Positions 1-14,150 of a stretch of 64,000 nt of DNA are shown one piece after another. Position 1 is the stretch's first letter. Each line of letters opens with the position of its first letter. The notes beneath the pieces are model-generated. The model was not told the DNA's origin, did no database searches, and worked only from the letters and a program-made list of their open reading frames with translations. Source of the stretch: Lama glama (lineage: Eukaryota); NCBI GenBank assembly GCA_028534125.1, contig CM052818.1:29638001-29702000 (forward strand), given 5' to 3'. The position numbers were made by a program, and so were the translations under genes.

Positions 1-3000
1 GCCTCAATTAACAACTGCAGATTATATTTGAATCTTACAATTCCAGCCTATTGAATATGTGTAAATAAAGATGACACTGAAATTACAATTAAGTGATAAA
101 AGATTGTTATTATAGACTAGGGAGGCATGAGAAAAATCCAAATAGAACTTATAAATATAAATAACATGTAACATTTGAAATGGGTAACCCCAAAATGACA
201 GCAGGTATAACAGACCTCAATACATAATTTGGAAGCTGGAAGAAACTGCCCTGTATGCATCAGGAAGGCAAGGAAGAATATGAGAGAGAAACTGAGAGAG
301 AAAGAGGGTATAACAGATGTCTAACCACACTTGTAAAACAAGAACTGGGGAGAGGCAACAATCAAAGAGAAAAGTGACAAAGAATCTTCCAAAAGGTAGA
401 AACATGAATACTCACATCACAATAAATCCCAAACAAGGCAAAATTTTTAAATCCAAACAGCAAAGAGAGATAACCTAGAAAGGAACAAAAATCAGACCAA
501 CCATCAGCTGATTTATCAACAATTAACCAGCAAAATCAGAAGACCATGGAGCAGTGGCTTCCAAATGCTTACAAAAAATAATAACAGTCAAGCTACAACT
601 GTACACCCAGAAAAAGTCAATGAAATAAAGACCCTCACCACAGGAATTTCTAGATGTGGCACTTCGAGAAAAATTGTCCCAAAGAGACCATCTAAAATGC
701 AAGTAAGAATGGTGAGCAGCAACAACTTTTTTTGAAGGGTAAATATGTGGGAAGATGCAAATAACCATTAATTCTATAAAGCAATGATACAATTTTTAAT
801 TTGTAGGATTGAAGTTTTTTTTAATTAAAATATTGAAAAAGAACAGTACAGAACTCTGGAGGGAGTGATCCAAGTTTAAGTGTCCTAAGACCTTCTGCTG
901 TTTGGTAGGAGGGTAAATATACTAAATATCTTTTGCCTTTGTTAATTTAAATACACATGTTTATTTGGGTAAACATCTAGGCTAATCACTGAGAATAGAA
1001 ATGGAAGAAAAAATCCAAAGTAGTTTGTGGGGAGGGAGGGAAGGAATAGGAGAAGTGGGGGGGCCAAAAACCTGAATCAATCCAAAAAAGAACAAAAAAG
1101 AAAAATTAAGTACAAGTAATAAGTACAAAATGACACAACAAAAGTTAGACCACCTTACATGGAAAATTCACAAATAATTTTACAAGTGAGTCCTACCAAA
1201 CATCCAATCTTACACAAAACTTTCTCAAGGAAGGACTGAAAAGAACGCCCCGCAGCTCATTCTACTATGCTAACACCACCTTCACACCCAAATCCTATCA
1301 AAACAGCACAAGAAAGCACCAGACTCGTTCATGAACACAGATGCAAACTGAAAGCGCTGGAAGATTAAAAAAGACATCACAGCCGAGTGAAGTTTATTAT
1401 ACGAATGCAAGGTTGTTCCAACATGAGCAAATCTTTTAATATAATTCCCCACATTAAAGACAAAAGGAAACCTTATGATCAAATCAAATGATCCAATTCA
1501 ACATCTGTAACAGTCCTGGCATTCTAGCAATACAAGGGATCTCTTTTAACTTGATAAAGGGTAACTACAAAAAACCTACAGCAAATGTGCTCCATGATTA
1601 AAGGCTGAGAGAACTCTCCTCAGAGTAAGGAACCAAACTATCACCCCTCCTGCCTGGCAATGAACTGGAGGCCCCAGCCAATGCACTAAGGCGCAAAACT
1701 TAGATGTGAAGATCAGAAAAATAATCTCTCCTGATATAATGTTCTGTAGAAAACCCTGAAGAATCAGACAATGCACCAGAATTAAAAAGCAGGTTGAGCA
1801 AAGTTTCAGTGTACCAAAAATATGCAACCTCATTTCTGTATGAAAACATGTTAGAAAATAAAATTTTAAGGAAGAATGCCATTACCATAGCAATCAGGAA
1901 TATTAGGTCAATAGATCTCACAGAAGATGTGCAAGATCTTCATGAAGAGAGTTCAAGAGAGTTGTAATAATGTGTTAAGACATGAAAGACTGAAACAGAG
2001 GGACATATTTATGGATATGAAGAGTTAATATAAAAAAGACACATATTCATCACAAAATTATATACTGACTCAATGCAATAATCAAAGTTCCAGCCAAGTT
2101 TTTAGAAAAAGGTGTGACAAACTGATTTTACTGTTACAAGGAAATGCAGCTGAGCAACAAAGAGGGAAGGCCACCGAGACTTAACTATACAATTGCAGTA
2201 TTTCATGTATTGACTCAAGGATAGAGACCAAGACAACTGGACAGAGGGTCCAGAAACAGACTTACATGCATTTAAAATTTGCTTACAACAAATAGGTATC
2301 ACAGTTCTGGGGTAGAGGGGTGAGAATGGGGTTTGTCAGTAAACAGTGCTAAGACAGTAAGTCACCCATATGGAAAATACATAAAATCACACCATACTCC
2401 AAAATCAATTCCAGGTGCACTCAACGAAAGTGAATGGAAAAGCTTTTAGAATGTGAAGAAAAACATCTTGAACAATGGGATCGGGAAGGCTTTCTTAAAC
2501 AAGATAACACTCAATTTAATTACCCTAGATGAGTAGTTTTAAACTCCTATGACAAGAGCTCACTGTTAAAAAAAAAAAAAAAGTGTGTGTGAAAAAACTT
2601 TCTAAAACAAAAATTTCATGGAATAAAACTTATCCTTACATACAAGTAAAACACTTGAACGTTTCCTTATTCCATTCTAAAGAGATCTATTATTTGACAC
2701 AAGACTGACACAAAAATGCTAATCACAAAATTGCTGGAACAGCAAAAAGCTAGGAGCAACCCAAATGCCCATCACCAGGAGAACAGACGTGTAAACTGAG
2801 GTCTATTCACATAAGGGGACAGTAAAGAAAGGGAAGACAGATGAAGCCCAGCTATGAAGCATCAGGACAATCAGTGGCTCTCAGGACGCGGCCCAGAGGC
2901 ACCAGCATCACCTGCAAGGTTGTTAACCAGGCAAACTCTCCTCCCCAGACCCGCTGCATGACTCACGCTGAGGCGGGGCCCAGCGAGCCAGTCTTCCAAG

Positions 3001-3560
3001 GCCTGCAGGTGAATCTGATGGACTCGAGTTTGAGAGGAGCTAAGGGTAGGAATAACTGGGCAAGACAAGCTAGCATCACAAGAACACCAATAATCTATTT
3101 AAAAGTCAAAAACTGGCTACTGAAGTGACAACGTTCAGAAGTACCAAAATACCCAGTAGAGCTATCAAGCAAAGCAGGCAATGATTAATACACATTATGC
3201 TGGGGGAGGGAGAGGGTACGGGGACCCGGAAGTGTGCCTCTAAGATGATGACAGTGTTTGACCTGGTTAGACAAAGGGTATGAGCATTTTGGATTTTCAT
3301 TATTACCCTTTAGAAACCGTAATACACTATATTTTGTAAATATGATTCCTAGCAAGTAAAACTGCAGAGCTGGAAGAGGAAAAAAGTTGAGAACATAAAA
3401 AATTATGAACATAAAATACAGCACATATGAACCCAATTCTAACAAAAGGCCTAGAAAAATATTTAAGTACTTAGCAGGTGTTGAATATTTATGGACTATT
3501 AACTGTTTACAGTGATTCGTATGCTTCATTCTATTCTCCAAATTTTTCACAACGCATAAA
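1..3560 (+). mobile_element. Ancient, heavily decayed L1 (L1M-type) fragments
   Basis: A-rich + strand. ORF2-like motifs (cttgataaagggtaactacaaaaaacctacagcaaat near 1550) and an L1 3'-type segment (gcaacccaaatgcccatca near 2756). No intact ORF. Confidence 0.65.
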
Positions 3561-6500
3561 ACCGAAAAAGAATTTTTTCTTTTATAGAAAGCACAGCCTA
3601 TAATTTGGTGCCCACTTCACCGTCACTCCCATCTTTAAGCTTAGTCTTTTTTCTAGACTTGAAATCCAAATCCTAACTAAACACACAGACTAGCCTAAGG
3701 GAAGGTAATGGTTTTCAATTCTGGTCTCCAAATGTCCTTTTCTTCTCCAGTTTTCCAAAAATACTTTCACAAAACTCTGTTCAGATTTAATTACTTCTCA
3801 CACCTCCATATCAAGGTATCTAGCCAGTAAGAAGTGCTATTTTAAAAAAAAAAGTGAAAGCAAAAAACCCAGAAGGTCACATATGTAAAACCTCAGTATT
3901 AAATAAAACTCTACAACATAATCTCTTATAAATCATACAGGGACTGCCCTAAGAAACTCACTTGTTTCTAATTTATTTTCTCCATTAGCAACGTGCTGCT
4001 AAAATCACGAGAGAATAAAGCATCACTCATACGGATTAATTCCTATCCATCTGCAATAAGGGAACCTGAGGGCTCAGCATCCAAAGAAAGGTAATTATGC
4101 ACGACGAGCGAAGGAGGTGGTTCGAGGTCGCACTGCCAAGAAACGACATATTCCAGTGGACTCCAACCACCCTCTTCAAATTTTGGCATTCCATGGCATA
4201 AAAATAAAACTCAAGTTCACTGAAAAGCAAAGCTTGCCACCTGCTGCCCAATGGCATAATCGTAAAAGTTCAAATTGTATCCACATTTTTCAACTTGAAC
4301 CCTTTTATGAATTGACTGATATGGATGCTTGCATTTTCTGTATAAATTCTCAGTATTTTTTTTTCAAAGAATGCCAGCCCGTTTTTAACCAGATGCTATG
4401 TCAAACCCTTTACAAAACCAGCTATAACCAGTGTACTTAAAACAAAAACAAAAAACTCCAACTTCCAAACTATCATACATGTTGTGTATATAATAAATCG
4501 ACCCAAACTGCAGTTGTGTTTATTATAGTATCCAGACCAGGGAAGAATTCCTTTGAAAACGTGCCAGCATTGTCCTAGGCTCCCCTGGCCTGTCATCATT
4601 CTAAAGGATATGGAATACTAAATCCATTTTCTGATCCATGTAGGCTTTAAAATCCAAATATTAATGGTTTAACTGAAGTTTATAAACATTTATGTTACAA
4701 AATTTTAGGTAGCAGCCTGGCTGCTTTTTGAAGAAAAACTCACCTCCAAGGTTTCACCATTGCTTTGTCAAACTCTAAACATTTATAAACTCTTATGTAC
4801 CTTAATTATATTAATTTTGGTAAGCATTTTCATAGGTTAAAATATTCCCAGTATTTTTTCATTTGAATTTATTCTAAGAAAATGAGTCGTGAAAGCACTT
4901 TAGATCTTTTTTTAAGACAATAGATCTTCAAATTTTACCTCTTTCTTCTAACTCTGTAGATCTGTGTATCCATGACCTGTCATCCCCTCAAACAAACAAA
5001 CAAAAAAACAGCAAAGCACTCTAAGGGAGACGTGAAACTGCAAATTTAGGGGAAAAATAACACCTTAGAAAGAGAGAGGCAGGGAGAAAGAGGGCGAGAG
5101 AGCACCATCCTGATAACCTTTCACAAGCCCAAGGACTCCTCCACATGCTCGCCTTGCGCCCAGGAAGCTTGGGAGCTTTATGAGAAGCAGCCCCATCACA
5201 CCACATGGGTAACTCCTGAGGCCCCTCTGAAATTCAGCTTTGAAGGTTTCTGCCTGCGGAACTTGTCCATATGCAAAATAGCACCCACACTCGCTGAAGT
5301 TTTCCGGTTGTCTGGGAACTACTTTAAAGCACACAATAAAAAATAATTCATTTTCAAGATAGATGGCACCATAATGTTGCACTATTTTCCAGTGTGCATT
5401 TTTCCCGAAACACTAGAGGCAGCGTCTCCATACAAAAGAAGCCTGTGCAGCTGAAGCCAGTTAGCATTCAGATTCTGCTGTTTCTGGGAAGTATCACGCA
5501 CACACAAGATGCAACCCCCCTGCTTTTTTTCCTTCCCCCGTGGTTAGCTTACCCTTTTCTTCAAAAACTCTACAGGAACTACTATCTCATGCACTGCTGT
5601 TGCTCGGTGCTTCCAATCAGGCAGAAACCTCTTTTCCCAGTTGCATTTCACTGTCCACCTGAAGTGGTTTGAGTTTGAAAGGCTAGTTAGATCTCCCCCC
5701 GGGACTATGTGTACTAGTCAGAGGGGTTGCCTTGCCTGATGTAACAGCAAGCTAATCATTTAATTGATTTCAGACCCGTTAACACCAGAACTGGACTTTC
5801 ACAGAACAGGTCAAATACTTCATTTAATACCAACAGAGAGACGGCATTTCATACACTTTGTCCTATGAAAATATAGTTCTTTACTAAAAACAAAAAATTT
5901 TAACTCCTCATACTAGAAATAATAGAAAGGGAGGGGAAAAAACCTAACAGATATGGATTATTCACTGAAATTAAAGAATATTTACTTTAGCCGCCAGCAC
6001 AATCCCTGGCCTGTATTAAGTCCTCAGTAAATCAGTGAGAGTCAAAGCCCCAGATCACTTCCTTTTGGTTTCTTGCCAAAGAATTCCTAATGGAGCTTTG
6101 ATCAAATCCTTATTTTTTTAAGAACATCTAAATTAATCTGAAGATAAAGGTGATACACATAAGTTTTTTAAAAAGAAGTGCAGTATTTCCTCACTGGGTT
6201 TGGAAAGTCTGTTTCTGTGAAAGACAATACCACCATTAACATAGCATATACAGCTTAAGCAGCATGTTGCTGGATGGAGACTTCACAAGGCCAATCATAA
6301 AAACTTTCCTAGCAATCCTAGGCCTCAACAGCTAAATTAAACAGCGAACGTAAGTGAAGTCAAAATTTCATTCTTCATTATTTAACATCACACAATAAGT
6401 AATAATTCAATTGCGGCACACTTTAATTCTTTTTATTAAGTAATAACCGAGAACACAATCCAACTAGAAACTAGCTAACGTGAACCGACTAGGATACTGA

Positions 6501-7539
6501 GAGCCCATCAACACACAGGTGTTGTGAGTACATGTTGTGATTACGTGTACACCTGTGTGTGAGCACGTGCGACTATCCAAGCTCATCAGTAGAGATGTCA
6601 TGAAAGATGTGAGATTTCACGCCTAGCAGAGGAAGAACATAGGTCAGCTGATTACTCCTAACAGCACGAAAACCAGAGAGGATGCACAGCGATATATGCT
6701 GGAAGCCGCTGAGATAACATGGATGGTTATGTCAATAACTGTCGAGTTAACAAAAGATAGAAAATCAGAGTCTGATGAACATTTGAAGAAAAAAAGAAAA
6801 AGAAACCTTGATTTTTCTACAGAGCATGATGAACTGTCCCCAAATATGTTTTGAAGAGTGTTGGTTGATTCACACAGAAGGAAACGGAATCTGATTGTGA
6901 TTAGGGGTGGGTGAATTTGAATCCAGGGACAGAGTGGAATAAGGAGAAGGAAGCTTTTAAAGGGCCCTGCCTTTTCCCACCCTTCAGGTGGGTAAGATCA
7001 CACACCATTTGATTTCCCGTATCTAGAGAGAGAAACAAATATGTAATTCCTTAGCCTGGGTCCAAGGGAAATGTTTTCTTGACTGGTAGTCTTTATTCCT
7101 TCTATTTTAAAGAATACTAGAGTTGCTCTCAAGTTACTGTGAGAGGTACACAGTCTGCAAGGCGGCTTCACTCACCGGCCCAGCAACCTGGGCCTCCCCC
7201 TCACATGCTCACAGCACCCTACCTGACCTGGCTCCCACAGGGAAGTCTTACATACTTCTTCAGTGGGATCTCTCCATTTCTCTCACTCTACAATCCTCTC
7301 CCCAACGGTCAAGCCTTCCATCATCTGGATCTACCCCCCCAGTCTCATTTCCTACTGTTCTTCAATTCCCTCTGAATAGATCCATCTCCTGCGTGTCCTG
7401 TGGAAACCAGAGACTCATTCCCACTGTACCTTCCCATCTTGTTACATCCTTTACTTAAAGGCCAGCCTCCCCTCCACTGTTCTAAGTCCTCCAGATCCTG
7501 GTGTGTTTTCCTTTACTCCAGTCCACACTGGTGGCCCCT

Positions 7540-7720
7540 TCCTTATTCTTCACTCGAATTTATAACAGATTCCACATAATCTACCAGTCAACTGGGTATT
7601 ATCCTATACTAACAACTATTTGTCAGACATGTTAGCCTGATCCCTCCAACCAGACTGCCTAGAACAGCATGTGGCACATGGTTGGAATAAACGTGTGTTG
7701 ACAGACTGAAGGAATCAACC
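7540..7720 (+). mobile_element. L2 3' end fragment
   Basis: tgcctagaacagcatgtggcacatggttggaataaacgtgtgttgacagactgaa resembles the L2 tail. Confidence 0.5.
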
Positions 7721-10399
7721 ACAATAAACTGGAAGTTTGTATTGTGGAAGTGAGAACAGAGCTTCTATCTTCATTAAGATGAGCCTGGGATATGGCAACC
7801 AGCTCGAAATGTCTGACAACTAGTTAGGCTTAGAAAGTTATAGATGATTCAGTTGTACCTACAGGTATGTGTCTGTGTCAATCAACAAGTCTCCCATAGG
7901 ACACAAGAATTCTGAAATAAATTACCCAACGAATCACAGATTGTATTCTTGTCCTCATGCACAAGTGAAAATTTTCAAAAATCCAATTTAAGAAATTTCT
8001 TTCAAACTGGGGGATAAAAACGTTCAATAAATACTAGTAACATTCTTTGCATTCAAGGAATTTGAGAGTTCTTTGAGAGTTCTTGAAATGTTCAACAAAA
8101 GGATCTTTAACAGGAAACGAGCTCTTACAAATTAGAAAACACAATTATAAGAACATGTAATATGAATTACATGTGATTTAAATGAGGTAAAGACTGTAAA
8201 TAGATTAGTCACATAAAAATGCAAAGGGCTAATAAACATGTGGAAAATACTCAACCCCAATATAAAAAACCAAGGAAAACAAATTGATTCTGTGAGCATG
8301 TGATAAAATCACACTTCATAGGGATATTCAAAACCACTAAGACTTTCCAGACTATCATTTATTTATCAAAGTCTTATTTGACAGTGGCCACACTTATTCT
8401 TTTCAAAATATTAAGGATCTGAAATGATCTAATATACATATGTCACTGACCAACATATACACTTCCACATAAAAATCACTACGTTAAATGACTACAAAAC
8501 AATACAGCAACAAAGAAATTACCCAAGGAGACTGCAAAATGTTTCAACCTTACATAAAGTATTTCTCATGTATGCATACTCAATTTTCCAACTATTTAGA
8601 TTCCCAGGTCCCCTTCCAAGACATTAAGCCAATTTAGTTGTGAAATGCCTGCCTTATACATGGAAATGGATTTTTTTAAGCATTTTCCCCCCTCCTTCAA
8701 ATAGCTTCTTAAACCAGGAGATAAAGAGAAGCCACAGGAATGGAAGAGAAACAGAAAGAGAAAGAGAGTCCCAAAAAGGACCAAGGAGAAAAATGGTTAT
8801 TTGTTCCCACAGAATGAGAAATGGGAGAGAGCACTTCCTTTCAAATTTCTTTTTTCAAAGTAAAGTGCATCCTAATCTCCTCAAAATGTCTGTCCTCTTC
8901 CTGTTTGAGTTAAGAACATCCTTCCTAGGAATACAATTAGGAAGGATTAGCTGCTGCATAAAGAGGCTTTGAACAAATTAAGAATGATGTCTCACTTTAG
9001 ATTCTGTCCATCAAATCTCCAAATACCAGCACTTGGCAAAACACCAACATCAGGCAAAAAAAAAAAAAAAAAAAAAAATTAAAGGCAGTGCTGTAAAGCA
9101 ATGAAAGTGATGTCTATGTCAAGAAAGCCCTAAAATGAGAATTTTTAAAAATAATTTCTGTATCTATGGCAGACAGGCTAGCTAATTTTTCAAGATTTAG
9201 GAACAGCTTCTCCACTGGTGACTTATTAGAATGAAATAATGGTCACATTTTCCCCATGAGACAAAATACATTTTGAACTAAATGACTCTTGATTGTTTTG
9301 AAAATAAACAACTTGTCAAACAAGAGTGGTTTGCTTGAGGATCCATGCAATGACAAAAATTTTTCACTCCTCCATCCTTTGTATCTATATTTTGGGCTTC
9401 AAAAATACTGTGCAAATTTTTTTTTTTTTTTGTATTTCGGTGCAGAGAGTCAGGCTCCAGCACATAAAAGACAAGGGGAACATGGACTAAGAGGTCAGAT
9501 TCAAGGCACAGCTCAGCGGCTGCATTTCCCTGTGACTCTGGGTAAGGCATTTGCCCCTTCAAGTTATAGAACATTGTGGTCTGCACTGCACTACTTGAAA
9601 ATTTTGGAAGATTGAAAGAAAAAAAAAAGCCTAACTAATACATTCTTGTTCTATTTTCCATGATGTTCAAATAGCTTTCAAAAGGTACAAGTACCCAGGA
9701 TTCATTCTATTCAAAGATACTGATATTGATAAAATATTTCTTCTGTGTTTTGTTAAGAGTTAACTCCATGAATCACATCACTTTGGAATCAAATGAACTC
9801 TAAGTGAAAAATAAAGTCTGCCTGAATGTCCCTGTTTGCTTTCTATGAGAGTCGAGCCAATCTTACGTCAAAGTTCAAAGCAATTAATATTTAATTAAAT
9901 ACTCATGAGTCCTAGGAAAGTCAAGCTCGTAAACTTGATTTATAGTGTCAGTTTCAGTAATTTTCCCAAGAGAGTGGCTGCCTGGCCTCTGCTGTCACTT
10001 TTCCTGTTTGTTAACGTGCCCTATGTCTATTACAGGCATTCTAGGAAGTGCAAGGAGCAAGAACACTTGGCATTGCGATGTCAAGAAGATAATATCCAGA
10101 GAACTAAATGGAGTCTGATCAATGGAAATTCCTGTTAGCATCCAGAGATATACAGGACGCAGGCCCCATCATCACCTACGGGTACTACAGAAGAACAAGA
10201 CGCCGGGGCTGAACTACTGTCCTGAAACAGCGTGTGGGAGGACCGCGTGAGCTTCTGCCTTCTCGGATCAGTGACTCATTGAACTCGTCTTTTCTGATTA
10301 CTCTGGGGAAACTGAGGCAGCTTAGAAGACGGGCTGATATCTGCATTTTTGTGGTCAGACCTTCCGATTCAGAGCAGTCATATCATCTACATTTATTTG

Positions 10400-10820
10400 T
10401 CCACCACGTAAGCACCATGTCTAGTAGAGGAAACCACACAAATTGACATGAACACTATGAAGGGAGGAGGTGGGGGAACATGGTGCTGGGACAGCATCTT
10501 TCAGGGAGGAAGGGAGGTATCGGGGAATGCTTTTCTGAGGAAACGGAGACCAGTGACTGAGCAGGTGTTAACAGGGAAATGGAACATGTATGTACGTGCA
10601 CACACGGCTGCAGGCAGAGAAAATATGTCAGGAAGGAGCAGGGCAGAGTCAAGGGGCTGCCTGTGACATGGTGACAGGTTGTGTGAGCCCATGGAGTCTG
10701 ACCATCTAGGAGTAGAGAACTAATCTTTATCCTCAGAGCACAGAGAAGCCAGTGAGGCTCTCATGCACAGCAAGACATGACAAGACTCACATTTTGAAAA
10801 GATCCCTCTAGCTGTGAACT
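10400..10820 (-). mobile_element. L2 fragment
   Basis: Reverse-orientation L2-like text, e.g. ctttatcctcagagcacagagaagccagtgagg...ttttgaaaagatccctctagctg. Confidence 0.5.
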
Positions 10821-12308
10821 AGATTTCATAGTTCATCAAGTCCCCAGCAGTTGGCATCCAGGGGACAGTCAGAGCCTTTCCGTCTCACTCCTGGAAAAGT
10901 CCCCTAACTCTAATGGGAACAGGAACACTTTCCAATCCACTACTTAGTTTTACCCTGTCTTTCTGGTTCCTCCTGCTATCCTGCATAAACACATTAGCAT
11001 CTTGTCCAAAAACTACAGTCCTGAAAAATGACAGACATTTTTTCCAGGATTAGCCAATCAAGGGTTTCTCTCCGCCATCGTGGTTAATGGGCATTCTTTC
11101 CACTGAGAAGTTCTTGTCTCTGGCACCCTAGGATCAGCTATTTCTGCTAGGTCATCTCTAGTACATTTAAGGAACAGATAAAAAGGTAAAAGATACACTC
11201 AACCTCGAGAACGTCACTGAAAACATACTAGCTCGAGGCACACTGATCATACACGTTACCTCACTCCGCTTGTTATCGCTTACTCATGCCGCTCTTGTAT
11301 GTGAGGTGTTCGTGTCACCTCCCTCACACAGGACTCACATCTTACAGGTTCTTCATTCTGAACCCAGGCAACTCGAGAGCAGAAAACTGCTATAAACATT
11401 TAGTCTTATAATTTAGTCTACACTTTGCTCAAACATAAACAAGGGCTTAAGCCAAGGAAAACAAGGAAAGAGGATTTAGTGCAAGCCCAGAGGCACCTGG
11501 GAAGGGGTCATGGGCAGTATCTATGGAACGCCAGGCAGATCCAAATGGAGACAGGAATTTTTATTTCACTCTGTGCGACACCCAAAGTCAAGCCCTAAAA
11601 ATCATTCTCGTGTTCAGCATCAACCACGCAGGCCAGGCCTAATGCTCACGGGTCCCACGTGTCAGCCAAACTGCACTCTGTTCCAGCTGCTTATCAGTGG
11701 ATTCGCGTTGCAATCCCAGCTCTACTGTCAATTTGCAGCAAGTCTTCTGACAACTAATTAATTCAATTTCCAAGGCACAAATGTATTTCAATGTAGAAGA
11801 ATAATCACACGGGAAACACTTTATTGGGCTCAAGGGCCCCAGCCTTAACTGTTGAGGGAGGGGCACCCCTAGCCCTCTCCCCACCCCGTCCTAACCCCCC
11901 CCCAGGAGAGCCGCAACCAGAGTCCACGGGCCACTCTGTCTAGTGGGTGGGCCCACAGTATGTCAAAAGTGGTGCTGAGTTTTCAGTCCCTCGTGCCATG
12001 AGGCTAAGGGCTAAGGAGAGCCGGCCCCTCCTGGTGCCTGGCCGTCTCTAGGCTCTAGATCTCTTGGTTTCCCCCCTTGCATCTGCCACAAGTGCTGGAG
12101 CATGCTGATCCCAAGATTTCAGAGAACAAGGGAGGCCACATTTTGGCCTTAAATTTATGTAAAGTGTTTAGATATAACACTTATAAGAGTCACAACGGCT
12201 GTTTCTGCTGGAGTATGTTGATGATTATTTACTATCCCTTCTGATCACAGCTCACTCGTAAGTAGCAGAGAAGACCACCAGGACAAGACTGGGTCCCTGG
12301 TAATGCCC

Positions 12309-12944
12309 TGTGGCAGCCAGAATAAAGAAGCCCACGTCCTCATCCCCTTCTAGAACCTGTGCCTAACGCTAGGTCACACGGCAAAGGGAAGTCAAAGCTG
12401 CAGGTGGCATTAAGGCTGCTTGCTCATCAGCTGACCCTGAAATGGGGAAATTATCCTGACTATTCAGCTGGGCCCAGTGTTACTTGAAGTTTTCTTATAA
12501 ATTGGGGGGGGGGTAATTAGGTTTATTTATTTTTGGAGGAGGTACTGGGGATTGAACCCAGGACTCATGCATGCTAAGCATGCACTCCATCATCTGAGCT
12601 CTACTCTCCCCACCCCAAGAAGTGTTCTTAAAAGTAGAAGAGGGAAGCAGAAGAACCAGAGAACAGCAGTGAGAAGGACTCAGCCCGAGACTGTCAGCTT
12701 TGATGGTGGAGCAAGGGCTCTGAGCCACAGGAGGCAGGCAAGCTCTGGAAGCTGGATAAGGGCAAGGAAATAGGGTCTCCCCTAGACCCTTTGGAAGGAA
12801 AGGAGCCCTGCCAACATCTTGATTTTAGCCCAGTGAGACCCCCAATTCAGACATCTGACCTCAGAATTATGAGAATACATTTGAACTGTTTTAAGTCACT
12901 AAATTTGTGGTAATTTGTTACAGCAGCAATAGGAAACTAATACA
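12309..12944 (+). mobile_element. MaLR solo LTR (MLT1C/D-like), interrupted by a SINE
   Basis: Starts tgtggcagccagaataa and ends tttgtggtaatttgttacagcagcaataggaaactaataca (typical MLT1 end). aatgcc occurs at both flanks (12302-12307, 12945-12950). Confidence 0.85.
12498..12618 (-). mobile_element. Camelid tRNA-Ala-derived SINE (Vic-1-like)
   Basis: Reverse complement reads ggggagagtagagctcagatgatggagtgcatgcttagcatgcatgagtcctgggttcaatccccagtacctcc...aaataaataaacctaattacccccc (A/B boxes). Near-TSD gaagttttctta (12486-12497) / gaagtgttctta (12619-12630). Confidence 0.85.
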
Positions 12945-12959
12945 AATGCCAGCAAACAA

Positions 12960-13196
12960 AGTGGCATTATAAAGAGACTCACTTCACAGCCTTCCTAAAT
13001 CTGAATCCAGACTCTCACTAGCTCAGTGAACCTAGGCAAATGATTTAATACTTCTGCACCTGAGCTGCTTCATCATATGAAATGGGGATAATAATAAATC
13101 TATGTCACATTCTTTGGAGAGGGTTAAGTGAATACTCAAAAAGCAATTAAAATAGTGCCTGGCACAGAACACTCAGTAAATATTCACTATTATTAT
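12960..13196 (+). mobile_element. MIR SINE
   Basis: MIR core (gaacctaggcaaatgatttaa...aaatggggataataat) and tail (gtgcctggcacagaacactcagtaaat). Confidence 0.8.
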
Positions 13197-13729
13197 ACTG
13201 CACCAAAACACCATCCTGATTTCTAGCAATTCAATTGGAGGGCAAACCATCCCAGCATGCACACTTTTTAGTTGCAAACTTTTGAGTTTCCACAAAATTC
13301 TTTACTTACCCTGGACCAGAACTTAAACCCAGTCAGTTACAGGCTGTCTCCCAAAACTGCTCTTGGCCAAGACATCCTTGTGGACCCAGCAGGGCACAGA
13401 CATCATGAAGCACAAGTGACCCGGCCCCTTCTTCTGCCTCTGCCACCCCCACCCCACAGTCCACCCTTCCTGCCAAGTCCTGCTCAGGAGGAGAAAGTTC
13501 CTCGCTTCCAGTTCCTCAAACACTCTCTCATCCCACAACTGTCCTCATACGTCTGCTTTTCTCAGACAACAAAGCAGTGCTGACCAACGGATGGCAAAAC
13601 ATGATCACAATTTACAGGCTGGATTATGAGGTCCTCCTCGAACCTTGACACTGCTGTGTCTAGTTGGGCTCGTCTTCCTGAAGACTTCATTCACAGAGGT
13701 CTCTTTCTGGAATTGGCACATATACCTAC

Positions 13730-14150
13730 ACACACAGCATTATTCATAAGAACCAAAAACTGGGAAAATTCCAAACATCCATCAAGAACAGAACAAATAA
13801 TAAGTTGTGGTATATTCACACGATGGAATCATCTTTGGAATGTAAATGTGAACTTTGGTCACCCACAACTATGTAGATGCATCTCAGATACAATGGTGAG
13901 TGAGAAGACACACACTGTATGATTCATTTATATACAGCTCAGAAACAGAACTCATCTCTGGTGTTAGAAGTCAAGATAGCGGCTCCCTTTGGGGATAAGA
14001 AAGAGGGCAGATTTAGGAAAAACAAGGCACTGTGGTGCCGGCAATGTTGACTCTCTGACATGAGTCATCACCAGGCGTGCATACTTTTGATCTGAGTACC
14101 CCTCTGTGTGAAATTTCCATTTAACTCCCACTTTTAAAAAGTTTAAAAGA
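13730..14150 (+). mobile_element. Old L1 3' end fragment (L1ME-like)
   Basis: cagcattattcataagaaccaaaaactgggaaaattccaaacatccatcaaga...tgtggtatattcacacgatggaat. Confidence 0.7.

Noticed and set aside
5410..5424. CTCF-like cactagaggcagc (and ccaccaggcgccagc near 47540)
   Set aside because: Mismatches or a missing base in the core; not distinguishable from chance by eye.
8061..8082. 11-bp tandem tttgagagttc x2 and similar micro-duplications (near 40362, 55813)
   Set aside because: Common slippage events with no further structure.
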